Virus record (IMG/VR): IMGVR_UViG_3300032304_000280
Span: 1-39,833 of that record
Source of the DNA: a virus
Taxonomy: Duplodnaviria; Caudoviricetes
DNA length: 39,833 nt
Direction: 5' to 3' (one strand)
Position 1 is the stretch's first letter. Each line of letters opens with the position of its first letter. The position numbers were made by a program, and so were the translations under genes. This document shows, in pieces, positions 9,925 to 17,767 of this stretch. The notes beneath the pieces were generated by a model. The model ran no database searches and was not told where the DNA came from. It worked only from the letters and a program-made list of their open reading frames with translations.

Positions 9925-10377
9925 ATGCCATTCAAACTATCACAGCGAAGCATCGAGCGCCTTGATGGCGTGAACGACAAGATGGTTGATGTTGTTGTGC
10001 GTGCCATCGAAATCTCCACCGTTGACTTTGGTGTCACTGAGGGTTTGCGCACCATGGAAACTCAGCGCAAATATGTCGAGACTGGCAAAAGCCAGACGAT
10101 GGAGTCAAAGCATTTGACCGGCGACGCTGTTGACCTGGTGGCCTACATCAATGGCCAGGTGTCATGGGAACTCAATCTGTACGACAACATTGCCGACGCA
10201 ATGAAGCAGGCCGCGATTGAAAAGAATGTTGCTATTCGCTGGGGCGCCGCATGGAATGTGCAGGACATCCGGCTGTGGCGCGGCACGATGGAAGAGGCCA
10301 TGAACCACTACATCGATGAACGCCGCAAACAAAACAAAAGGCCGTTCATTGACGGCCCGCATTTTGAGTTAGTTTGA
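9925..10377 (+). CDS. Endolysin, M15 family L-Ala-D-Glu peptidase (T5-endolysin-like)
   Basis: EGLRT..Q, SKHLTGDAVD and DGPHFEL zinc motifs; SD AAGGAG at 9914-9919. Confidence 0.88.
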   Translation: MPFKLSQRSIERLDGVNDKMVDVVVRAIEISTVDFGVTEGLRTMETQRKYVETGKSQTMESKHLTGDAVDLVAYINGQVSWELNLYDNIADAMKQAAIEKNVAIRWGAAWNVQDIRLWRGTMEEAMNHYIDERRKQNKRPFIDGPHFELV

Positions 10378-10430
10378 GTTGTCTCCATCCCGTCGGGCAT
10401 AAGCAGTTGCCTACTCCTTCACGACGGTTA

Positions 10431-10460
10431 GCCCCAGGGTTTGCGCCCTGGGGTTTTTTT
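10431..10460 (+). terminator. Rho-independent terminator ending the late operon, between convergent genes
   Basis: GCCCCAGGG/CCCTGGGGT stem followed by a T run. Confidence 0.85.
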
Positions 10461-10727
10461 CTACCTGGGTGCGCATGTGACATCGATGACGATGTCTGCT
10501 GAGTACCCGTTGACTTTGCGTTTTCCATACATCATGACGGCGCGAAGACCTGTTGTTTCACATTCACGGACCGCAGTGATAACTTCGTTGCGGCTAAGTG
10601 AGTGAATCTGTTTATCAAGAATCAACTCCTGCTCGACTGGGGTGGGTGGCATCGGTTTGTTACTCGAGCACCCACTGATCCAGCCAAGGGAGCAGACAAT
10701 CAGTAGAGTGATCATTCTGTTCCTCAT
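10461..10727 (-). CDS. Putative lipoprotein
   Basis: Signal peptide with lipobox-like ISG-C. Confidence 0.7.
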   Translation of the reverse strand: MRNRMITLLIVCSLGWISGCSSNKPMPPTPVEQELILDKQIHSLSRNEVITAVRECETTGLRAVMMYGKRKVNGYSADIVIDVTCAPR

Positions 10728-10735
10728 GGCTTTCC

Positions 10736-10933
10736 TTATTTGTTGTCAGTGGTAAATCGATTGCTTTTCTCGAAAGCCTCGACATCGTCAATGCGGTAAC
10801 GCACCTCGCTGTTTCGGCCATCGCCCAGTTTGATGTAGGCCGGTCCAATGTTGGCCACCCGCCACTTGCGCAGGGTGTTATCGGCGACCTTCCATCGCTC
10901 GCACAATTGTTTAGGCGTCAGTAGCTGAGACAT
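10736..10933 (-). CDS. Xis/AlpA-like helix-turn-helix DNA-binding protein
   Basis: MSQLLTPKQLCERWKVADNTLRKWR..GPAYIKLG...VRYRIDDVEAF; ATG at 10933 with SD GGAGGT. Confidence 0.8.
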   Translation of the reverse strand: MSQLLTPKQLCERWKVADNTLRKWRVANIGPAYIKLGDGRNSEVRYRIDDVEAFEKSNRFTTDNK

Positions 10934-11759
10934 TTGCCACCTCCGGTTGTGTGATCTCGCCAGTTGCCTGGTCAATGACATCGTCTGCCGGCTGGCCTAT
11001 AGAGGCCTTCAGGCGGCTTAAAGGGGCTTGCTGGGCCTCTGGCATTGGCGTGATGTTTACAGCCTCTCTGCGCTCGATCTGGACGAATCCTGATGCCTCG
11101 TTGTCATTGGCGATAACCTGGTCCAGATCAGCGCTTGATGGCAGGCGCTTGGCCATGCGACGAATCACAGTCTTCTTGGCCATCTCATCCCACCAGTCAG
11201 CCCATGGGCCAAACTTGCCTGCGCGGCTTGATGCTCGCACCTTCTCGACATCGGACACGCTCATCACCTCGCGGTAGATCGCGCCGTCTTTAGTCTTCGC
11301 CACAGCGTACACAGCGATTGGCTTGCCGCGATCCTCGCCCAGGAATGGACGGTGAACGATGTTCTCGTTGTCGCCCAGTTCGTATTCAAAGTGGTCCTTG
11401 TCATAGGCCACCTGCGCGCTGATGCTAGACAGTTCGCCAGAGTTTCGGATCTTTTTCAAGATGCCACCGACCATGGGCATGTACTGGACCTTCTTGCCTT
11501 CTTTGGTGTTGAAGATCACGGGCGCGGCTTCACGGCCATCCAACAGCAGACCATCTTGTGCGGCCTTCATGCATGCGCCCAGCAAACTGCGGCGATCGGC
11601 ACTCAGCAGTTCAGGGTTCATTTGCACTGCTGTCAGCGTGGTGCGAATGAACTTATCGACCGGGATCTGCGGAGGCAGTGCGGCCTGGAATTCTGGTTGC
11701 ATTTTCACCAGGGTGCCACGCATTGCTTCGATGGGGCTGAGTTCTGTTCCTGTAGTCAT
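10911..11759 (-). CDS. recT: RecT family ssDNA annealing protein
   Basis: S.LGACMKAAQDGL, YELG, GPW..WWDEMAKKTVIRR..KRLP motifs; next to a YqaJ exonuclease. Confidence 0.9.
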   Translation of the reverse strand: MTTGTELSPIEAMRGTLVKMQPEFQAALPPQIPVDKFIRTTLTAVQMNPELLSADRRSLLGACMKAAQDGLLLDGREAAPVIFNTKEGKKVQYMPMVGGILKKIRNSGELSSISAQVAYDKDHFEYELGDNENIVHRPFLGEDRGKPIAVYAVAKTKDGAIYREVMSVSDVEKVRASSRAGKFGPWADWWDEMAKKTVIRRMAKRLPSSADLDQVIANDNEASGFVQIERREAVNITPMPEAQQAPLSRLKASIGQPADDVIDQATGEITQPEVANVSATDA

Positions 11760-11983
11760 GCTTGTGCTCCTTCAAGTTTCAGTTGGTCTTGCTCGGGGAT
11801 CATGCTGGCCACCTCGAGTTTGATGCCGTTGCTCATAAGCGTGGCGACATCGATGGGCCTGGCGGCTTCGACCTGGTACATGCGGCCTGCGATATGGCGC
11901 AGTGCTTGTGCCTGGCTGATGGCTTGGACCAGGTAGGCTTTGTCATTGCTGACGACTTTGTAAATGCGTTGTTCGGTTGCCAT
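11756..11983 (-). CDS. Hypothetical protein
   Basis: RIYKV...LVQAISQAQALRH; SD AAGGAG; overlaps the recT start. Confidence 0.75.
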   Translation of the reverse strand: MATEQRIYKVVSNDKAYLVQAISQAQALRHIAGRMYQVEAARPIDVATLMSNGIKLEVASMIPEQDQLKLEGAQA

Positions 11984-11986
11984 GGT

Positions 11987-12937
11987 TTACTTCTCCTTCT
12001 TGGGATAAAAACGGAAACTGCGATAGCCCTCGGTTGCACCGATGACTGTGCCGACCATCTCAGGCGTGATGAGAGTGCCTGATCGGCCTTTGACTTGCCC
12101 CGTCGATAGCGAGCCAAAACTGGTGAGGACTTTGCTGGCGCGGCCAATGCGATCCAGGATCTCTGCGCGCTTTTGTTCCTTGATCTTTTCCAGATCGCTG
12201 GCCTCTCTGCGCACGAATTCAAACTGCTTGATCATGTCCTCGAGTTCGCGGTCAGCCTCGGCCACCAAGCCCTCATCTGCGCCGTTGCGCAACTGCTTGA
12301 TGATGAACTCGGCGTCGCGGGTGTAGTCGGCTGATGGCGCGGTGTTGGACTGCACACGATTCCAGAATTCTCCGGTGCGTTCGCGTATACTTTTACCAAT
12401 GTCCCGATCGCGATTTCGGAGGACTATCTTTTGCTCGTTGCCACCGACAAGCGCCACGATCGCGCACCAGTTGTAGTCGGCAATTTCCATTTGATGCTGG
12501 ACCTGTAACTCGATGTGCTCGGGCGCCTCGATGTTGCCGTTGCCATCGTCGATCCAATTTTTTTGGTACTGCACCCAGTCGACATTCTTGACCTCGAGAA
12601 TGCCTGGCCCATTGGCGCTTGACTTGATCTCAAAGTCAAAGCTGGACCCAATGCGTGCGGCCTGGTCGCGCATGTACACATTGAACTTGGCAATGCTCCA
12701 GCCCATGTCTTCAGCGGCGCCGTGCGCGATAGCTGATTCCAGGCGGTTGCCCCACTTCATGCGTTCATTGGGTTCGAACTTGACGGTCACGCCGTCGCGC
12801 TTTTGGTGAAACAGTTCGAACTCGGTGAGGTAAGGCGACAAGCCAAACAAGGCTGACACCTCGGTGCTGGTCACATCCTTGGCCCGCTCGGCAAGCCACT
12901 GCTTTTCGTTCTCAATTTCGATTCTTTGAATAGTCAT
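11987..12937 (-). CDS. YqaJ-like viral recombinase exonuclease (RecE-like partner of RecT)
   Basis: WLAER..VTSTEVSALFGLSPY, WGNRLE, SSFDF, ILEVKN, QVQHQM motifs. Confidence 0.88.
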   Translation of the reverse strand: MTIQRIEIENEKQWLAERAKDVTSTEVSALFGLSPYLTEFELFHQKRDGVTVKFEPNERMKWGNRLESAIAHGAAEDMGWSIAKFNVYMRDQAARIGSSFDFEIKSSANGPGILEVKNVDWVQYQKNWIDDGNGNIEAPEHIELQVQHQMEIADYNWCAIVALVGGNEQKIVLRNRDRDIGKSIRERTGEFWNRVQSNTAPSADYTRDAEFIIKQLRNGADEGLVAEADRELEDMIKQFEFVRREASDLEKIKEQKRAEILDRIGRASKVLTSFGSLSTGQVKGRSGTLITPEMVGTVIGATEGYRSFRFYPKKEK

Positions 12938-13200
12938 CAGTCATTCTCCATGTGGTCATAAATCAATTCCTGGATCGCGTCCTCTTCTCGCGCTGTGAGT
13001 TTTTTCTCAAGCCACTTGGCGCGATAGCCTTTGCGGTCCAGGATCTCAAAGTCTCCAAACCCACCCTCTGCTGGGTAGCAGTTCTCTGGTGGGCCGGAGA
13101 TATACGCGGGTGTGTAGCCCTCGTAATCGGTGACGCCAATGATGCAAGGGATACCGCAAACGCGGTGCTCGATCTCGGCGATGTAGTTGTTGCGCTTCAC
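12937..13200 (-). CDS. Hypothetical protein
   Basis: VCGIPCIIGV...GPPENCYP...EILDRKGYRAKWLEKKL; coupled to neighbours. Confidence 0.75.
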   Translation of the reverse strand: MKRNNYIAEIEHRVCGIPCIIGVTDYEGYTPAYISGPPENCYPAEGGFGDFEILDRKGYRAKWLEKKLTAREEDAIQELIYDHMEND

Positions 13201-13376
13201 AGCATCACCCGCAGTTCTTCAGCTTCCTCGCTGGTTGAAAAGCAAGTGATGATGACCTCGTGGCCACGGGCGTCGGTGATGGTGATGTCTCTCGTGTACA
13301 GCGGAGTTGTGCCATTGATCTCGCGAACTTCGCTGATGACGATTGACTTAGTGTTGTGTATGCTGATGTCTGCCAT
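13197..13376 (-). CDS. Hypothetical protein (59 aa, MADISIHN...)
   Basis: ATG at 13376 with SD AAGGAG; the longer track ORF extension is unlikely. Confidence 0.7.
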   Translation of the reverse strand: MADISIHNTKSIVISEVREINGTTPLYTRDITITDARGHEVIITCFSTSEEAEELRVML

Positions 13377-13404
13377 TTGTATCTCCTTGTGGTGATGCGT
13401 TGAA

Positions 13405-13436
13405 ATTATAACCCAGATCGTTGATGTAGTGTCAAC
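13405..13436 (-). promoter_or_regulatory. Sigma70 promoter TTGACA-N19-TATAAT overlapped by palindromic operator GTTGA-N7-TCAAC
   Basis: Perfect hexamers at 13435-13430 and 13410-13405; palindrome at 13420-13436. Confidence 0.7.
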
Positions 13437-13713
13437 GACTATTTTCGACAATGTCGCCTGCCGCGATCCAAAGGATGCGCTGGATGTTCTGTTCATGGTC
13501 GGCCAACTCCTGCTCATCCCAGGCGCCGTACTCGGCCAACTCTTTGCGCAATGCCGCTGGCTCGATGCGCTCCAACTGCCGGCGGATCTTGCGGTTGTTG
13601 GACAAGGCCAGGACATCGGCGTCGCATTGGCCCTGGTGTGATGCTGATTGAGCCTGGGCCATGGTCATCTCGATCTCAATCGTGCCGTGTGAAGAGGTGA
13701 ACCACATGATCAA
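13432..13713 (-). CDS. Hypothetical protein
   Basis: GQCDADV...LAEYGAWDEQEL...RILWIAAGDI; overlaps the upstream stop. Confidence 0.7.
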   Translation of the reverse strand: MIMWFTSSHGTIEIEMTMAQAQSASHQGQCDADVLALSNNRKIRRQLERIEPAALRKELAEYGAWDEQELADHEQNIQRILWIAAGDIVENSR

Positions 13714-13952
13714 GCCCCCACCTTTACAAACTCGATCTTGCCAAGGGCTTTTGCGGCCCGTAGCAGGCGGCTTTCTTCGGCGGGTAGGCAGATGCCATCC
13801 TCAATCAGGCGCTGGGCCTGACGGCCAAACCAGCCTTGCAATTGCCAGGCCAGGCCGGTGTCAATCAATGTCTGCCAAGCCTCGATGACTTGGTCCTCTG
13901 AGTCGGCCTCGATAAAGCCTTCTGCGATGCCGGTTGCTGTGTATGAATCCAT
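13710..13952 (-). CDS. Hypothetical conserved phage protein (80 aa)
   Basis: AWQTLIDTGLAWQLQGWFGR motif; ATG at 13952 with SD TAAGGAG. Confidence 0.75.
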   Translation of the reverse strand: MDSYTATGIAEGFIEADSEDQVIEAWQTLIDTGLAWQLQGWFGRQAQRLIEDGICLPAEESRLLRAAKALGKIEFVKVGA

Positions 13953-13962
13953 GGTGATCTCC

Positions 13963-14109
13963 TTAAAATGGTGCGTCTGGTAATTGACTGATGTCGAACT
14001 TGGGTTTGCGACGACGGGGCACTTTGCGCGTGATGTGCGGGTATGGTGGTTTGTCCCATACCCAGCGCACCACGGCACCCTCGTCATCCAGGATGCCGTA
14101 CTGAATCAT
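13963..14109 (-). CDS. Small protein (48 aa) ending in DAPF, not in the ORF track
   Basis: MIQYGILDDEGAVVRWVWDKPPYPHITRKVPRRRKPKFDISQLPDAPF; ATGA overlap with the upstream stop; fills the gap exactly. Confidence 0.65.
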   Translation of the reverse strand: MIQYGILDDEGAVVRWVWDKPPYPHITRKVPRRRKPKFDISQLPDAPF

Positions 14110-14507
14110 CGAGCGGCCTGGAGCACAGCGGTGTCAACCCAGTCGCCAATTTGGATTGGGCACCAGCCGTTCTTTTGTTGACGGCCACGGGTTGTGCTGG
14201 CCAGGTGGCAAAAGATGTTGCCGTCGCGGTGAGCGCCAACACCAATCACGCGCCAGGCGTCGCCCATGTGGACAATGGTTTTGTCCATGAATTGATCGCG
14301 CATCACATTTTTTCTGTTGATAACGCAGTTGAGACGGGTGCCTTGCTCGGCCTCTTTGAGGGTGTCAAACCCACGCACGCCACAGTCGCGCTCGTCGTCA
14401 AAAACAAAGTCGTTGTCCAGGGTGACGATGATGCTGTTGCCATCGGCGCGCTCGTCATCGATGTGTGCTACCCACAAACGGTTTGCAATTTTGGTAATGG
14501 TGCTCAT
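14106..14507 (-). CDS. Hypothetical early protein
   Basis: ATG at 14507 with SD AGGGG; HIDDER.DGNSIIVTL N-terminal half. Confidence 0.7.
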   Translation of the reverse strand: MSTITKIANRLWVAHIDDERADGNSIIVTLDNDFVFDDERDCGVRGFDTLKEAEQGTRLNCVINRKNVMRDQFMDKTIVHMGDAWRVIGVGAHRDGNIFCHLASTTRGRQQKNGWCPIQIGDWVDTAVLQAAR

Positions 14508-14520
14508 GTTGGTCCCCTGA

Positions 14521-14814
14521 TTAGCGTGAAGTTGTTTTGATGCTGAACACAGCGGTGGTGCTGGTGTATTCGGCAATCTTGTCTGCGCTGATGCCAAGGT
14601 CAGCGGCCATTTTTTTCCAGTCGGTGACAGCGCGGTTGGACTCGATGTACGAAGCCTTGAACAGGGCGCCTTCGAATACTGTGGGACCGCCGTTGCTGGC
14701 CAGGTCTTTCATGGCGTCTTTGAGGGCGTCGGCTTGCTTGGTGAGCGTCGCGATTTGTGCGAGCAGTGTGCCGAGTTCGTCAGCAGAAGCGGGTGTGGTG
14801 TTGATTGCAGTCAT
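14521..14814 (-). CDS. Hypothetical early protein (first gene of the leftward operon)
   Basis: DELGTLLAQIA.LTKQADALKD coiled coil, EG.LFKA, TDWKK; SD GGAG. Confidence 0.75.
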   Translation of the reverse strand: MTAINTTPASADELGTLLAQIATLTKQADALKDAMKDLASNGGPTVFEGALFKASYIESNRAVTDWKKMAADLGISADKIAEYTSTTAVFSIKTTSR

Positions 14815-14975
14815 GATTCTCTCCATTGTCAAAACATTTAAAGGGTGCAGGCGTTGGGTTAATAAGCCTGCGTCCGGATCTTTCCCAAAATATCGTCACG
14901 GCCATTTAGCTAACTCTGTCAGGCCAGGTGGCCATCGCTCGGTGCTAAATGCGGTATCGTTTTTTCGTCCGATGT

Positions 14976-15107
14976 GGTGATCTTACATCAACACATATCC
15001 ACAACGCAATACCTTTTCCGAGTGATTTATGTGGGTATTCGTTCCACCCAGGTAAATCAAGGGTTCACAAGGTGTTGCGCCTGTGTCATCATTGAGGGAT
15101 GAACAAC
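14976..15107. promoter_or_regulatory. Divergent early control region with PL-like and PR-like promoters and 17-bp operators
   Basis: Minus strand TTGCGT-N18-TAAGAT (15009-14980); plus strand TTCACA-N17-CATCAT (15064-15092); operator-like 17-mers at 14976, 15074 and 15091. Confidence 0.55.
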
Positions 15108-15329
15108 ACTTTCAATCACACATCGCCAGTTGAACTGGCCATTGACATGTTTGGCGGGGTACGAAAACTCGCCCGCGCCCTCAATCGCGATCCTGCCGCA
15201 GTGTCTCGCTGGCAAAAGACCGGCATCGTGCCGACCTCTGTACAGCGTCGCCTCCTGGAATTAGCCTGGGAGCGTGGCATCGACATCACTGCGCACGACA
15301 TCGTGTTTGGGCGCGAAGTCAATGATTGA
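15099..15329 (+). CDS. Cro/YdaS-like HTH regulator, probably leaderless
   Basis: IDMFGGVRKLARALNRDPAAVSRWQKTG.VP; first rightward gene; ATG is 7 nt after the predicted -10. Confidence 0.8.
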   Translation: MNNTFNHTSPVELAIDMFGGVRKLARALNRDPAAVSRWQKTGIVPTSVQRRLLELAWERGIDITAHDIVFGREVND

Positions 15330-15687
15330 GTTCACGCTGGGCTGGCCACCGTCGGAACTGTCTCCGAACAAACGCCTGCACTGGTCCAAGGTTTCAAAAG
15401 TCAAAGCCTCATACCGTGAGGCATGCTGGGCCATGGTGCTCGAGCAGGCGGGGGCCGTAAGACCAGACATTGCTGGCAATCTGCACCTGGTGCTCGAGTT
15501 CGTTCCGCCCGACCGGCGCAGTTACGATCGAGACAACCTGGTGGCCAGGATGAAGTCTGGCCTTGACGGCGTCGCTGATGCACTCAAGATCAACGACAAA
15601 CAATTCACAACACTGACTGCACGAGTGGACGCGGAACAGATCGGTGGTTTTGTACGCGTCCAAATTTTGAAGGAATCCCACACATGA
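15322..15687 (+). CDS. rusA: RusA-like Holliday junction resolvase
   Basis: LGWPPSELSPN, PPDRRSYDRDNL..MKSGLDGVADALKIND motifs. Confidence 0.75.
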   Translation: MIEFTLGWPPSELSPNKRLHWSKVSKVKASYREACWAMVLEQAGAVRPDIAGNLHLVLEFVPPDRRSYDRDNLVARMKSGLDGVADALKINDKQFTTLTARVDAEQIGGFVRVQILKESHT

Positions 15688-16073
15688 ACTTATCAATTTT
15701 CACTGGCAACATTGGCAGAGATCCAGAACTGCGCCAATTCAACGGCGACAACATTCTGAATTTTTCAATTGGCGTGCAAACCGGCAACCGCGAAAAACCC
15801 GAAACGATGTGGGTGGACTGCGCGCTGTGGGGCAAGCGTGCCACCAGCTTGCAACCATATTTGGCCAAAGGCATGCGAGTAACCGTTAGCGGCGCGGTCA
15901 AACTCGAGGCATTTACAGCCAAGGATGGCACACCAAAAACAAGTCTGCGAATGTCTGTTGACCAAATTGACCTGCCACCAAAAGGTGACGCGCCAGCACA
16001 AAAACAGCAAACGCAACAAACGCAACAGCCTGCCGGTGACATGGCAGACATGGACGACGACATTCCATTTTGA
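15684..16073 (+). CDS. ssb: Single-stranded DNA-binding protein
   Basis: GNIGRDPELR OB-fold start and acidic DDDIPF tail. Confidence 0.92.
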   Translation: MNLSIFTGNIGRDPELRQFNGDNILNFSIGVQTGNREKPETMWVDCALWGKRATSLQPYLAKGMRVTVSGAVKLEAFTAKDGTPKTSLRMSVDQIDLPPKGDAPAQKQQTQQTQQPAGDMADMDDDIPF

Positions 16074-16081
16074 GGTATCCA

Positions 16082-16390
16082 ATGAAAACTTATGACGACT
16101 TTGTGCGCATTCGTGGCTGGGCGCACCAGCGCAACCTGGTTGCAGGTAGCACGACCGACAAGCAGTTCACCAAGTTGATCGAAGAGATCGGCGAGTTGGC
16201 CGCAGGCCTGGCCCGCAAAGACACGGTCAAGGTAATGGACGGCATCGGCGACGCTGTGGTGGTGCTCACCATCCTGGCCGAGCAAATGGGGTTCAGCATC
16301 GAGGCCTGCATCGAGATGGCCTACGACGAAATCAAGGACCGCAAAGGCCGAATGATCGACGGCGTTTTCGTCAAAGAAGCCGACCTGTAA
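16082..16390 (+). CDS. MazG-like NTP pyrophosphohydrolase
   Basis: KLIEEIGELA...DGIGDAVVVL...AYDEIKDRKGRMIDGVFVKE. Confidence 0.85.
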   Translation: MKTYDDFVRIRGWAHQRNLVAGSTTDKQFTKLIEEIGELAAGLARKDTVKVMDGIGDAVVVLTILAEQMGFSIEACIEMAYDEIKDRKGRMIDGVFVKEADL

Positions 16391-16398
16391 AAAAACGC

Positions 16399-16454
16399 TT
16401 GACTCCATGTTTGGGTTTTGGTTTACAATGTGTGGACCGAAACTCAACATGGAG
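16399..16454 (+). promoter_or_regulatory. Promoter TTGACT-N19-TACAAT embedded in a 24-bp hairpin that hides the SD
   Basis: Arms 16403-16427 and 16431-16454 pair with four G-U wobbles and one bulge and cover GGAG at 16451-16454. Confidence 0.65.
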
Positions 16455-16462
16455 ATCATCAA

Positions 16463-16651
16463 GTGTCATCCCCCCGAATTGAAGCCGCCCGCCAGGGCCA
16501 GCGCAAGTACACCGGTAAGCCCTGCAAAGCCTGCGGCGAAACCGAAAAGTATGTGATCAACGCGGCCTGCGTTGCATGCACAAAAAACGCCAAGAGTGCC
16601 AATGAGTCCAAGATCAGAGAGATCATGGACCAGGCCAAGGTAGGTGCGTGA
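16463..16651 (+). CDS. Small Zn-finger protein resembling the N-terminal domain of phage HNH endonucleases
   Basis: YTGKPCKAC...Y....CVAC; GTG start after SD GGAG. Confidence 0.65.
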   Translation: MSSPRIEAARQGQRKYTGKPCKACGETEKYVINAACVACTKNAKSANESKIREIMDQAKVGA

Positions 16652-17412
16652 TGCATTTCTACTCATTCAACATTGGCGACTACATAAGCCACACCCGGCA
16701 CCTCACGGTGATCGAGGACTGTGCTTACCGTCGTCTGCTTGATCTGTACTACCTGCACGAACAACCGTTGAACGAGTGTTCAACGACCGTTGCACGGGCG
16801 ATCAACATGCGCGATCACGAAGACGAGGTCGGGGCTGTTCTCGAGGAATTTTTTGAACTTGTGGAGGGGTCCGGATGGGTCAATCGCAGGGCAGATGAAG
16901 AGATCGCCAAGTACCACAACAGGCTGGAAGCCGCATCCAGAGCGGGCAAGGCGTCTGCTGAACGCAGGTCCAACGCTCGTTCAACGACCGTGCAACCAAA
17001 CAATAAACAAGAAACAGTAAACATAAAACAGGAAACAAAGATAAATACAAGGGACAAGCCCTTGCCATGTCCTGACGGCGTGTCACCTGAAGTTTGGGAT
17101 GGATTCACAAAAGTCCGCAAGGCCAAGAAGGCGCCGGTCACGCAAACAGCCATGGCAGGCATCGAGCGCGAGGCACGCAAAGCAGGCTGGTCACTCAATG
17201 CCGCATTGACCGAATGCTGTGCAAGGGGATGGGCAGGGTTCAAAGCAGATTGGGTTGCAGACAAAGGCCCGCAGAAAACCCAGCACCAACTGAACAACGA
17301 AGCGATGGCCAGGTCGATCGGCCTGATCCCAAAGCATGACGAATACCAAGGCAACATCATCGAAGGAGAAATCTATGAATCAGAACCAGCCACTACCAAG
17401 CGCTTGGGTTGA
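16651..17412 (+). CDS. YdaU/DUF1376 family replication initiator
   Basis: MHFYSFNIGDY..HTRHL...AYRRLLDLYY..EQPL, N.RADEEI..Y; internal repeats and A-rich tract. Confidence 0.85.
   Translation: MHFYSFNIGDYISHTRHLTVIEDCAYRRLLDLYYLHEQPLNECSTTVARAINMRDHEDEVGAVLEEFFELVEGSGWVNRRADEEIAKYHNRLEAASRAGKASAERRSNARSTTVQPNNKQETVNIKQETKINTRDKPLPCPDGVSPEVWDGFTKVRKAKKAPVTQTAMAGIEREARKAGWSLNAALTECCARGWAGFKADWVADKGPQKTQHQLNNEAMARSIGLIPKHDEYQGNIIEGEIYESEPATTKRLG
16766..17050. other. Putative replication origin (iteron-like repeats plus A-rich tract) inside the initiator gene
   Basis: GTTCAACGACCGT at 16778-16790 and 16979-16991; palindrome CGTTGAAC-N4-GTTCAACG at 16766-16785; A-rich stretch ~16995-17050. Confidence 0.5.
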
Positions 17413-17767
17413 GAAGATCTTTGCCCGCATGCAAGGTGTCTACGGTCGAGAGTTCCTTGGCCAGTACGGTACCGGCATGGTCAACGGGATTGACGCAGGC
17501 ATCGAGAACGCCAAGATCGTCTGGGCTGATGAACTCAGCGGTTTTGCAAAGTGGCCAGAGGCAATTGGCTACGCACTCGAGCACTTGCCTGAACGCGTGC
17601 CCAACTGCATCAAGTTCAAGGAACTATGCAGGAATGCACCACGGCCAGAGCCAGCGAAGTTGGAATACAAATTGACCGATGAGCAATTGGCCCAGAACAA
17701 AGCCAGGGTTAAAAAGATGATGGAAGAACTGCGTCAAAAGATGGCAATACCAAAGGAGAGAACATGA
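17375..17767 (+). CDS. Replication accessory protein (helicase-loader position)
   Basis: WVEKIFARMQGVYG..F, W..EL, P....FKELCR; follows the initiator; SD AAGGAG. Confidence 0.6.
   Translation: MNQNQPLPSAWVEKIFARMQGVYGREFLGQYGTGMVNGIDAGIENAKIVWADELSGFAKWPEAIGYALEHLPERVPNCIKFKELCRNAPRPEPAKLEYKLTDEQLAQNKARVKKMMEELRQKMAIPKERT

Noticed and set aside
10503-10511. GTACCCGTT as a fifth late promoter
   Set aside because: Mismatched, inside an opposite-strand gene, and no TAnnnT at 17 nt
10736-10933. Xis-like gene as evidence of a temperate lifestyle
   Set aside because: No integrase, attP-like site or CI repressor recognised in the complete circle
14903-14951. Hammerhead ribozyme (CTGACAGAG)
   Set aside because: Core does not match CUGANGA and there is no correctly placed GAAA or cleavage triplet
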